Source: Trichinella spiralis (Eukaryota). From it: 43,060 nucleotides of DNA. The DNA is taken from the NCBI RefSeq assembly GCF_000181795.1, contig NW_003526948.1:878691-921750 (forward strand). Direction: 5' to 3'. Of this stretch, positions 22,046 to 33,211 are shown piece by piece. The position numbers and the translations under genes are program-made. Numbering within the stretch: position 1 is the first letter of the stretch; every line of letters begins with the position of its first letter. The notes below the pieces were generated by a model. It was not told the origin of the DNA and ran no database searches. It saw only the letters and a program-made list of their open reading frames with translations.

Positions 22046-22661
22046 AGAAGCAGTGCGACGAGCACAAGCCAGTGTTAACGAGTATCACGAATGTTAAGAT
22101 TAAAAAGTGTTGAACATTCATTGAGAATGCATTAATATTATTACTCTGAGGGCATTAAATTTTTGTTAACTGCAGATTTCATTAAAAAGCTTCTTAATAT
22201 AACAATGAAACTGATTTTAAAACATAATTTTTTAAACATTTTTGCACAATTATTTTTATACGGATAATCATTATCTGATTTTGTTTCTCAAACATAATAA
22301 TGCATAGATTAAAGATTTTCTTATAAACTAATGCGGACATTATAAAATATATTGCATATTGCGAAAAACGAATTTATAGCTTAAATATGCAAATCAAAAA
22401 GATACATCATTGAGAAACAGCAACAGTATAATAATTTCGATGCAAACTTGCATTCACTTCAAATACTGTGTCATGTAATACTGACTGTACCATATGCCTC
22501 GTCCATAAATTTTTGTTTGGAAGTTTTTTTGTTAGTTTTAATACATATTTTTATAAATGTAGATGTGATAAATTTAATTTATTGAAATTCTGTAAAAATA
22601 AATCTGATAATTTTCTGCGAATTATCACAGTTTGTTTTACAGATTCTTTTATTTTTCAGAT

Positions 22662-25299
22662 ATGGGCAACAAGCGGCGACTAAAGCGACGGGAGAAGGTA
22701 TAACCTTTTAACAGTAATTTATAACGTATTTAATTTTTAAAAATGCTATACTTTTGAAAATGTAAACGTATAGTTTACTTTAAGTTGAAATAATATATTT
22801 ATTTATTTATTTATTTTGTTGTGCTGTTTTCATAATTATTTATTTTTGACAGCTGCATTATTAAAAAATTTTTAATAAGTTTCATTTATTTAAATATAAA
22901 ACATCCCGATTGTTTCTTCTTTTTTTTTTAAATATTACTTACCTACTGCAAAGCATATTTTCACATTTGTCAAATTATGATTTTTCAGCCTTCAGACATG
23001 TCAATGAAACCTACAAAGTTGGAATATGGAGTAGCCAAATATTTGCGCTTTAATTGCCCAACAAAGACAACAACATATTTTGGAAATGACCTTCATTATT
23101 TTAACGGTTATTTTTTGTTCATTTATATATTTCAACTTCCAGAATTTTATTTATTGTTCATTTAGTTTATTTTATTAGACCAAAGTTATGGGGTTTTGAA
23201 ATAACCTGTTGCTTTCACAGTTGGTGTTTAGTTTTTTCTTAAAGTGAAGGCTTTATTTTCTGAATAATTTAATATTTTAATTAATAAACTAACTTGAGAG
23301 ATAAAGGTTATGTTACCAAACAATAATTTATATTTTTGTTTTTCTGAATAACGATTATTTGTTGTTTTTAATGTGGTTCTTCGATGTAATTCAAGCAGTT
23401 AATTGCAAATGAATTCGAATTTGATGGCGCGTGAAAATTTTTGCTTTTCCTTTAAATAATTTATTTGGTGTAGTGGAAAAATTTAGGTTTTTGGTTCTAC
23501 ATTTAATTTGTATGTTGCAATAATGTGTTTATTTGCAGTCTGTTAAATTTTTAAGTTCAGTTTACTGTGAGAGTATGAATTTGTTTTTACACTTTTTCTT
23601 TTTCCTTTCCAACTTTGTAATTGCTGAAAGTATATTTTTAAGTTATTGCATATTTGGTTTCTAGTTTTTCTAAATCGTTGCGAGAATTGCATTACGTATG
23701 CATTACAAACTATCTGTATATTAGTTCTGATTGCTTCTTGCTTTTGCAATTTTGGTGGTATAACATTGAATATTAACAGATTTGCAATGTAACACTTTCA
23801 AAATGGAAATGGTTTTGCTTTTGAAATAAATATTTGTATTTTTGCGGGAATTCTTTAATGTTGATTTATTTTAGGCTGTAAGGCAGTTGATACGTTACTT
23901 GAATCACATTGGGCGCACGGTAAAGATGATTTGTTTTTGAACACTCGTCAGAGTTGTGTTGACTATTTACAGGGGTGCAGATTTGCTGTGTAATTTTATT
24001 TTCACTTTGCACTTTTGCATTAATATTTCTTTTCTTTCAGCTTGATTGATAAAGGTTTTTTCTTTCACGCCAGGAAGCTCGTTCCAAAAAAACGAGACCC
24101 TGCTTTGTCAAGATGCTCATTGCAAGATAAAAAACAAATTGGTGATGTGCAGAAGGTTGGAATTGTCAGTTATTCAATTTAATTTAATAAAGACCGAAAT
24201 AATCACAGTTTTATAAAATTTAAATTTAAGGCTGTAAAGAATGGATTGACCATTCTTTCTTAATATTGATTGTACACTTAATTTATTTCATTAAAAAATG
24301 CAGTTCGTCTTCAAGTAAAATGTATAGGTTTATTTGGGCAATTATAAAGTCTGTTGTTTATTTCAGTCCGATGGTGAATTACCATCGAAGAAGGCTAGAA
24401 GAGTGAAAATAGAATTTCACGACGATCAAATCTTTGTCGATGGCAACAATGCGAGTTTAATTTATTATTATTTTTTTTGTTTTTCTTTTTGATGAACTAA
24501 TTGCAGGTTTATGTCTGGCAGTATGATCCGACATCAACAAAAGCGTTTTTAATTGGAATTCTGTTAGGTATTTCAGTGTAATTTATGGCTACGTTTAAAA
24601 AAGTTAATGGTTTTTAGTGATCGGATCAATTTTGGTATGTTTGTTTCCATTATGGCCTCAACAGTTTCGCATTTGCGTTTATTATTTGAGTATGGCAGTG
24701 ATGTGCTTTATGGGTGTCATAATTTCACTTGTTATTTGTAAGAATTTTTTAGAATTTATTTTGATATTACTAATGCAACTTTTTGATAATTTTAGTACGA
24801 TTACTGTTGTTTGTTATTATATGGATTTGCACCATGGGAAAGCATCATTTATGGTTATTGCCAAATTTACTTGAGGACTGTAGTGTAGTTGAGTCATTCA
24901 AGCCATTGTACGCATACACATATCATGGAAAGGATGCTGAGTGGAGAAAAGAAAAAAATGGGAAAGATGATGACGAAGCTGATAATGATGAAAGTAACGA
25001 TGAACGAGATTCAGAGGATGATGATGATGATTCTGGAAAAGGTTTGTTTGCAATGTTATGCTCTGTGCGTAAGTTTTTGTGTTGAAAAGTTCGCAGTTTT
25101 ATTTTGAATTATGAATGTGTTTTTAACTTTTAATTGGAAATGTGCATTATTTTATTTTTAATAAGTGTAAATACTTTTTGCAGAAAAGCAGTCTCCTTCT
25201 GAATTGTATTCTACAAGTGAAGACGAAAACAAGGAAATCTGCGGGAAAGAGTTTTCAAAGAATCGTGAAAAGACAGAACTGCAAAGTGACAGTCTGTAA
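22662..25299 (+). CDS. SEC62: Translocation protein SEC62
   Basis: Exons 22662-22697, 22989-23106, 23875-23974, 24041-24155, 24367-24450, 24507-24567, 24618-24737, 24796-25041, 25184-25299. Motifs VAKYLRFNCPTK, KAVDTLLESHWA, HDDQIFVDGNNVYVWQYDP, CLFPLWP, GKHHLWLLPNLLED, two transmembrane segments and an acidic tail. Confidence 0.95.
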
Positions 25300-26831
25300 A
25301 TCTGTCCAATTAAATCTCATAAACTGTCGACAATTTTGACCGATTGATTGATTGCTGGTCAGTTGATCAAATTATATAAGATGTTTTCAACTTTTCGTTT
25401 TTTTATTTCTTAAATTTTCTCTGCATGTTTTTTGCGAGGTATATGGGTATCTTTTCAAATGTTCTGCTTCGGTTTGGTGGAAGGGAATAACAAGTGAACA
25501 TCACCTGTTGTCAAATTTTAACTGAACTTGTATTTCTATCTTGTCGTTATACTTTAGGACAAGGGAAAATTAAATATCTTTGACGTGAGGAAGTATTCTT
25601 TTTCAATTGTAACTATCATAAATGGAAAATTTTAGTTTTTCACGTGCAATTTGTCAGAAATTCATGATGTCCATTTCGCTTGGTAGCTCTGGTAACTGCA
25701 TCCTTATTGACCCATTTTTTGAAAAAATATCTATAAAAAATTGTTCCAACAATAATCGTTTATTGGGAACGGCATAAAGTAGTATCGTACGACAGTGATA
25801 CATACATGTTGCTGTTCTAATATATTTATGGCGAATTTTTATAAACTTTTAACTTTTCAAAGCAGGTAATTGTTATAGACATTTTTTACAGGTAAAATTT
25901 TGCTGAATAGTGTTAATCCATAAACGAATTTTATGGTTTAAATACTTTTTACAGTATATTCTCTCAAGTTGAGAAAAAGTTTTCAAATGGACAGTGATGT
26001 ATTCTTTATTATCAGTTTACTGTAATTAATATGACAGGAAGGTTCTTATTTTTGTAACGAACGAAAAATTTTTTGTCATTTTTTATAGCTAAAACGTTCG
26101 TTGTTATTGCTAATTTTTATTCCAAACAAGTTTTTATTAAAATAAAGAATACTGTTGCTTTCGTAGACTCCTATCAATGACTTCGTTTACTTCACTTACT
26201 GTAAATTCAGTTACTCAATTTTTTTTCTTTTGCATAACTTTCAATAATAATAATAATAACATTTAAATATTAAAAAATATAATTAATGAAATAAATTTAT
26301 AATATGAAAATTTTATTACTGGAGGCAAGAAGATGGTCTACTTGATCGCTCATGTATAATTCCATGCTAATGGTAATTTTCATTTATTTATAGATACTAA
26401 GAAATTTTTCAAATTTTTTTTTCACATCATTAAGTTTTTTATTTGTTTCTGGAACTTTGAATTTGAAATTTAATATGATTTAAAATAAATCAAATTTAAT
26501 TTCAAAAAATAATGAGCAGGTAAATGAATATTAAATAAATTTTTTTTCATTTTAATAATTTGTAATGATAAAAATATTTATGTTTAAAATTTGTTTTATT
26601 AAATCATAAAAAATCCAGTTCAAATTTTAAAATTATAAAAATTTAAATTAACATTAAAATTAATTTCTATTTATTTTTAAATTAAACAAATGTAGATACA
26701 GTATGAATGTTTAAAAAAATGTACCTGATTTTAACTTTAAACACTTGCCTGCAGTAAGCATTCGTTGTTATCTGTCATTCTGTTTGTGACATCAGTCGGT
26801 AGTGTGCTGTACTCTAATTTCTCAGTTAGCT

Positions 26832-29800
26832 ATGAGTAACCGAGGTAAGTCTTTTGTTCAGCCACTCATTCAGCTGTACTTTATTAATTATATAATTAAA
26901 TAGTAGGCTAATTGTATATTAGCACAGAATGTTTAATTTTTTTTACTTTTTCGAAACGTTTGTCTTATTCAAATTACATGTTCCCATCATTTCAGTGTAA
27001 CTTGTTTACAATAAAATCGATTTGATTTTTTAGGTATTGGCAATGATGCCGTGAGTCCTGAATCTGATGCGATGGAACGTAAGTTTGAATACTGATTTTC
27101 CTTATTATTATAATTAGACACTCTCAGTAAGTCTAGTGTAAAAGTTTTGTGCCCATAATACAGTTTAAGTTATACATGCATCGATTTTGAAATTAAAATT
27201 GATTTCTTAATGACAAATCTAGGTGAGGCTGAATCATCAAAGTTTAGAAATTTATTTATTTATTTTCACAAAATTTTACAACATTTTTGTTAGTTTCGTT
27301 CGCACTGTATTGTCATTGATTCTTTCAGTTTTGTGAATTTAAAACCGATTTTAATTATTTTCCGTGAAAACTTTACATCGTAAAGTGATATGTCATCTTT
27401 GAACTGTTTCTGTTTTGTGCTTTTTTTTCTGAGCTTCACTTTCACCAAAACAAGAAATATTTTTGTTTTCAGATTATTCTTTTGATATTTTGTAGTTAAT
27501 TTTATACAGAATTTTGTAAGAAAGTTGGTTTCTTTGCTTCTTCACATTTTACAATGATAAGATGCTTGAGAAATTTTTAGATTTCAGTTTTGAGAAACGG
27601 CTAGATTTTATTAATAACTACTTGAATCTTTCTTTGCTTTATGAACAAAACATCTCTTCTGTATATGCAGTTAGGGTGGTTTCCGACAAAATCAAAAAAT
27701 TATAACTTATAATTCTTCTGTCTTTTATTTTTCTGATAGTGAATCTGGTATGCGATTTAATTTACTTTAGCTACAGTAATTTAAAGACAGATACAGTATT
27801 CGCAAAATGATTTTAAGGTATTTATAATTCTTAAAGTGTGAAAGTTGTTAAATGGTGAAGTTGAGATTATGGAAATAATGAAGCGTTGAATTTTCTTACT
27901 TATCTTTTTTTGAGACAGACTGATTATTAATGAAAGTTTTTACCGACGTTTGCCGGTGATGTATTTCTCTTGTCATGGGTAAAATTATCAGCATCGGTAA
28001 AATACATTGATAATTTTGATATTAACTAATAATGTTTATTAGTTATCAAATTCAGTCTGAATTGTAACATTTAGTTAATAACCAAATAACTGTTTATTTT
28101 TTTGTCTTTCGGCACATGGTGAGTATTGTAAAAAGATTCTTTTACGCAGTCGTGGAAAGTCACACAATGTATTTAGATTTTTTAATATTAAGAATGATAT
28201 TAAATTTAATTAAGGTATTCTAAAATATATGTTGAACTAAATTTTCTTAAATGTCATTATTTTTTTGAATAATTACACTGAAAAGGCATTAATTGTACTT
28301 CGATGAATGCTGTATTTATTAAAAATGATACATGTGCATGATAAAATGTGACGAAAGTGTACGGTATATAATAATAGATAAGTTAATGTTTTATATGGAT
28401 AAATTAAAAATATTTTTGGTTACTCTTTTTTCAATCATTCATGTATGCTGGATTAAGTTATATCGTGAAAAAGTCGCATTTGTACAGACTTCAATGAAAA
28501 TGTTTGATTTTGTATATATATATATATATATATATATATGTAAAAGTTGGAATTCAGTAATCGAGCAAAATGTATGCAGTTAAATCACTGAAGTGTGCTG
28601 TACACCGTTAAAGTCAGGCTAGTTTAAAACAGGTTTAAATGAAGTGCTCTAATTTAGATATTTCATCTTACATTGGTTGATGAGAAAATTTTTTGTCCAA
28701 TTTGTGTTAGTTTTCTCGGTGTAAGCTTTTGTTCTGTTTTGCCACTGATTTTAAAATAGCATGCTTAGTTTGTGGAAGCCTTGTGATTATTATTTTTTTT
28801 GTCCATCGAAGCTGGGTTGGTAGAAATAGTAATTTTGTTTAAATATTGTCTGTTCGCAAATAGAGAAGTTATATTGTTTTTTTCTGTTAACAATTGAATC
28901 ATTTTGAGTAGTAATTAAGTGAATGCATACTACCAGTTGTTGACAATGAAACAGTGTAATTTACGTTTTGGTGTCGAATTGTAGCATTTAGCATATTCTG
29001 TTTTGAAATCATAAAGTATGGTTGACTGAAGTTGATGCGTGATGCATCTCTTTAATACGCAGACAGCTTTGTAAAAAAAATTAAACTGTAGATTAGACGA
29101 TGATATTATTGTCAGTAGTTTTTGAATTGGAATGTTAATTGTATTTTTCATTTGTCAAAGTATACTCAAGGCATAGGCAGATAACGCATGTAAAGAAAGC
29201 TTAAATTTTGTTGACATTTTTTTCCATTTCTGAATGAATATAATTGTCTTTGTTGTTTTTAAAAAATTATTCGATGAAAATGGGAAATGTTAACCGAAAT
29301 TTAGAAGAATATATACTATTAACCTGGTAGTGTTTCTCAGTTTCAGCGGTAAAGGTATATCAGTTTTCAAAAGGACTTCAGAGGTTGAAATGCAATATGG
29401 TTGGTGAAAGCATTTGTTACAAAAAATGGCATGCTTTAAATGACAATCTAGTAGGCAGAGGGAATAGAAAAGATAAAATGTATCTATGTAATATAGAATA
29501 TGTAGAAAGAGCGAATGGAAGTTTGTGAATAGCGTGAGTAGATGAAAAAAAAGGAGAAGAGAGAAAGAAAGACCATAGGAAGAGAAGGATAGGTGGTAGG
29601 TGAGATCGAGCTGCTGCTTGCTGATTGTTGTTAGAGTGTTTATTAGTGACAGATGATGAGGTGTATATTGTTATTTTTCGAGGTTATTCAATACGTAGGC
29701 GGTCTTAACTTCAGACATTTGCTTAGCAGTTATTCTTGTTTTCTGCTTAATTGATCAGCTGCGTCTACGTGTTTGCGCTTCATGTTCGGCTCCATTGACT

Positions 29801-32408
29801 TGAATGTGCCTCCTGTTTCTATGCATAGATAGAAAGAAAATAGGGAATGGTGGAATGTGAGTGCGAGAGAGAGATTGAAGAGCTGGCTGTTACGCGCGGT
29901 GCAGAATTGCCGACCAATTGATGAAGCTTATTAAACTGCAAATAGCGTTTCATCATGTTTCAACAAGCTCTGGGCGTTCAGCCAGGCTTTTTCAATGCTA
30001 GACATCTTTCAGCTAAGAGTGAAGAAACACACACACACACACACAGAGAGGGGGAGAGAAAGAAAGAAAAAGAAAATCAGCACGGCTGTAGCTACTCGGT
30101 TTTCCACTTTGTTCGACTGTCATTTGTTGCTGAATGATGATGTCCAACGTCAGTGGTGAGCAAATAGCAAGCACAAATTGTAATTGTTTTCTTATTTTTA
30201 CTCCTAATTCACTTTTAATATTATTAATAAATGGTAGTTTGGTTTTTTTTTTCAGTTGTCTGTTCTGATTCTTATTTATTTGTTTGTTTGTTTGTTTGTT
30301 TTTCGTTGCTCATTTTCCTAGCTAGGCGTTGTTTAACATAGCTTGCTGTTGGCTATTGATCAGATATGAAATTAATTTGTCGGTTAGCTTTTTCCACACA
30401 CGCGTGCAAACAACAATACAAACGTCTTTCGGTCATCGGCCTTGTCACAACACGTGAATGTAAAGGAGACGGTGCACAACGAGCGGGATTTGTTCAAGCA
30501 GCATCAATTGGACAATTCGGCTACAAGTCCTCATCGATTTACCTTGACATTTCAGGTCGACCGACCATGAGGCTTGTTAGCTTATTATTATTTGTTATTG
30601 GTGTTGTATGTGTGTCTGTATGTCTGTGTGTGGCTTTGCAGCTCTACTACTCTAGATTTGTTGTTTTTTCTTCATTTACTCAATAACTCTGTTGAATTGT
30701 TTTATATCATTATTTATTTATTCTTGTTTTTTGTTTCAGGTAAGCGCGAAAGAGAATTCCGAACGAAAATGTTGCGACAGCAGTTAGAAAAAGAAGATCA
30801 CGAACGGTAGGGGTATATTTTTTTTTCGTTTCAAAAAATTTCTAATCAATGACATCAGTCATGTTTCATTGAACAAATGATGTATTGGATAAAAATTAGT
30901 TTCTAATTTCTCTTCAATCTGATGAAAGTTGTTTTATAGAATTTAGGAAATCTTTTATATGCCGGATGGACATTTTTAATTTCAAGGAATTAATGTTGTT
31001 TCATTTCATCTGCTTAATTTTTTCTCTGTTCAGTTAACTGAGCTTTATTATTTTTTTTAGAAAATTAATGTTGTTCATTTACATTTGGAACTGCATGGGA
31101 AATTAGTGTTTTTGATCAGTTAGTTTTTAAATTCTTGTTGTTTTTCTTTACATTTTCTTTTTTTTCGTATCTGCGTTTGCCTTTTCAGGGGCTGTTCTTG
31201 GGATCTTTGTTTTTGCCAAATAATTTGTCCATGTGTTTGTTAAATGGGGAGGGGGGTGGATATTTTAAATCTGATAGCAAAGACAGTTTTTGTTTTGAAA
31301 TGTGTGCAAGTATTAGTAGTAGTAGTAGTAGTAGTAGTAGCAGTAGCAACAACAACAACTTCAGCAGCAGTAGCTGTGATCAGATGTGCACGACTGATTT
31401 TGAATTCTGTCCATAAATGGTGGTTTTTAATTTTTAAAATTTTTGTTGTGAATTTTGCGAAACAGAAATAAGTTGGCATTCGTTGAACGAGGGGTTTTAC
31501 ATTCATCCCTCGATATTTCAAATGTAGATACAATAGAAGAACATGTTTGTGTATGGATGTATGGTTTATAATAATTTTTCTACAGTTGCTATTATTTATT
31601 ATGATCAAATGGGATGGAAAATTGTCTACGGATGTTGTTGGTGTTGTTGTTGTTGTTGTTGGAATTGAAAAGAAGAGATGTAGAGAATTTTTGCAATTGG
31701 CAATGATGTCAGGTCGACCAGGGGCAAGCATGTTTGTCATTGTTGAACAGAGAGAGAGAGTATTGTCGAAGCAGTATTGATTTGGTCGGCTTCTGAATCA
31801 CGCTTGGTTTTGTTTTTATCGATTCACCAAGCTTCCAACCTGTATTTGCTTCATTGCTGTTGTAATTTCAATCACTTAACCAAATTTCCCGTTTGAATAA
31901 CTGACTGTCAGTTTTGTGTTTAATCGTTTGTTTTTCAGCTTAATCAAATTCAAGTGAAAGAATTTTTAGCGAAAATATTCCAGAATTTGTGATTTATGCT
32001 TGTGTATTTAGACGTCTGAAAGCACTGCGAGAGGCAGAGGAGAGGGAGGAACGCGTTCGTAAAGCGAAAGATTTGCAGAAATTGAAGCGAACACTCGAGT
32101 TGCACTGTCAAAATGAGGAACGGCAGCGTAAAGTATTCCAACGGAGGGTCCAGCTGGAGAATGAAAAAGCCGATAAGCGAAAAGATGCCGAATTGAAAAC
32201 TATGAAAAGTGTGCAGAAGCCGGCGTTGACGAAGTGTCGTTCTACTGCCGCTTCGAAATACGTGTTTGGCAGTTCGACTCCAAGAAGCTTCTCTTATATG
32301 GGAAAATCGGTCGCAGCACACCTGGCTGCCGAAGTTTCCGGTATGTGTTAATTTTTTAATTTTACTTTACACACAATGCAAATACCCGCACGGCATAGTA
32401 GTGTACTA

Positions 32409-32440
<32 letters not shown>

Positions 32441-33178
32441 GCAGATCGACCTTTTTTCCGCTTTTACTTCCTACCACCTGACGAGCATTGTTTAAATTAC
32501 AATTCAGTTTATTTGCTGAAAATTTTAATCACTTGTTGTTTATTTTTTTGTTTATTTGCTTCAATAGATCTCATTTTGTGAAACTTTCAATACTTCCTAA
32601 TTTTTTGCAACAATTTTCTTTCTGTATTCTTCAATTGACGATCGATTATTAGGTCTGCTTTTCGTCACTGCTTCGCTTTTCAACTGCTGCCATATATGCA
32701 CGTGTAAGCGTCCATGTACAACGCTTACACTGCTCACGTGCACCGCTTTCTGATTTTTGCCGACACTTGCTGTATTCATAACTTTGTGTTATTTTATAAT
32801 TGAAAATCTATTCTTAATCTTGTTAATAATTACAACAAATGTTGTTTAGCTGAACGAGTTTACAATTTTGCATCTCTTTCAAAATTATCATATTCACACT
32901 GTTAGCTGTTGGCTGATTTTTTGTCCTTTGCTTTCTTATCTATAAATATATATTGTGTAGTTTTAATTTTCACCAGCATGTCTTACAATGCATATCAGAA
33001 TTTTGCAGCTTCACTGCAAGGTGCAAAAGTGCAACAAATCAATATTTTTTCTTTTTGCTTGTTCACTGAAATTTGACTAATTTCCGACTGTCGAGATGTG
33101 TTCGAAATGAAACTTGAACAATTAATTATTCTCAATGAAATTCTTATTAATTAATTTTTTTCTTTTTAATGTGTTCTC

Positions 33179-33211
<33 letters not shown>

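Noticed and set aside
15935..26831. Operon hypothesis for the four co-oriented genes
   Set aside because: Stop-to-start distances are 1.5-2.6 kb, and SEC62 has its own promoter-like island with a cis donor. Cannot be excluded without spliced-leader data, but unsupported.
31135..31780. Overlapping ORFs with poly-S/T/V tracts
   Set aside because: Microsatellite-derived open frames inside an intron.
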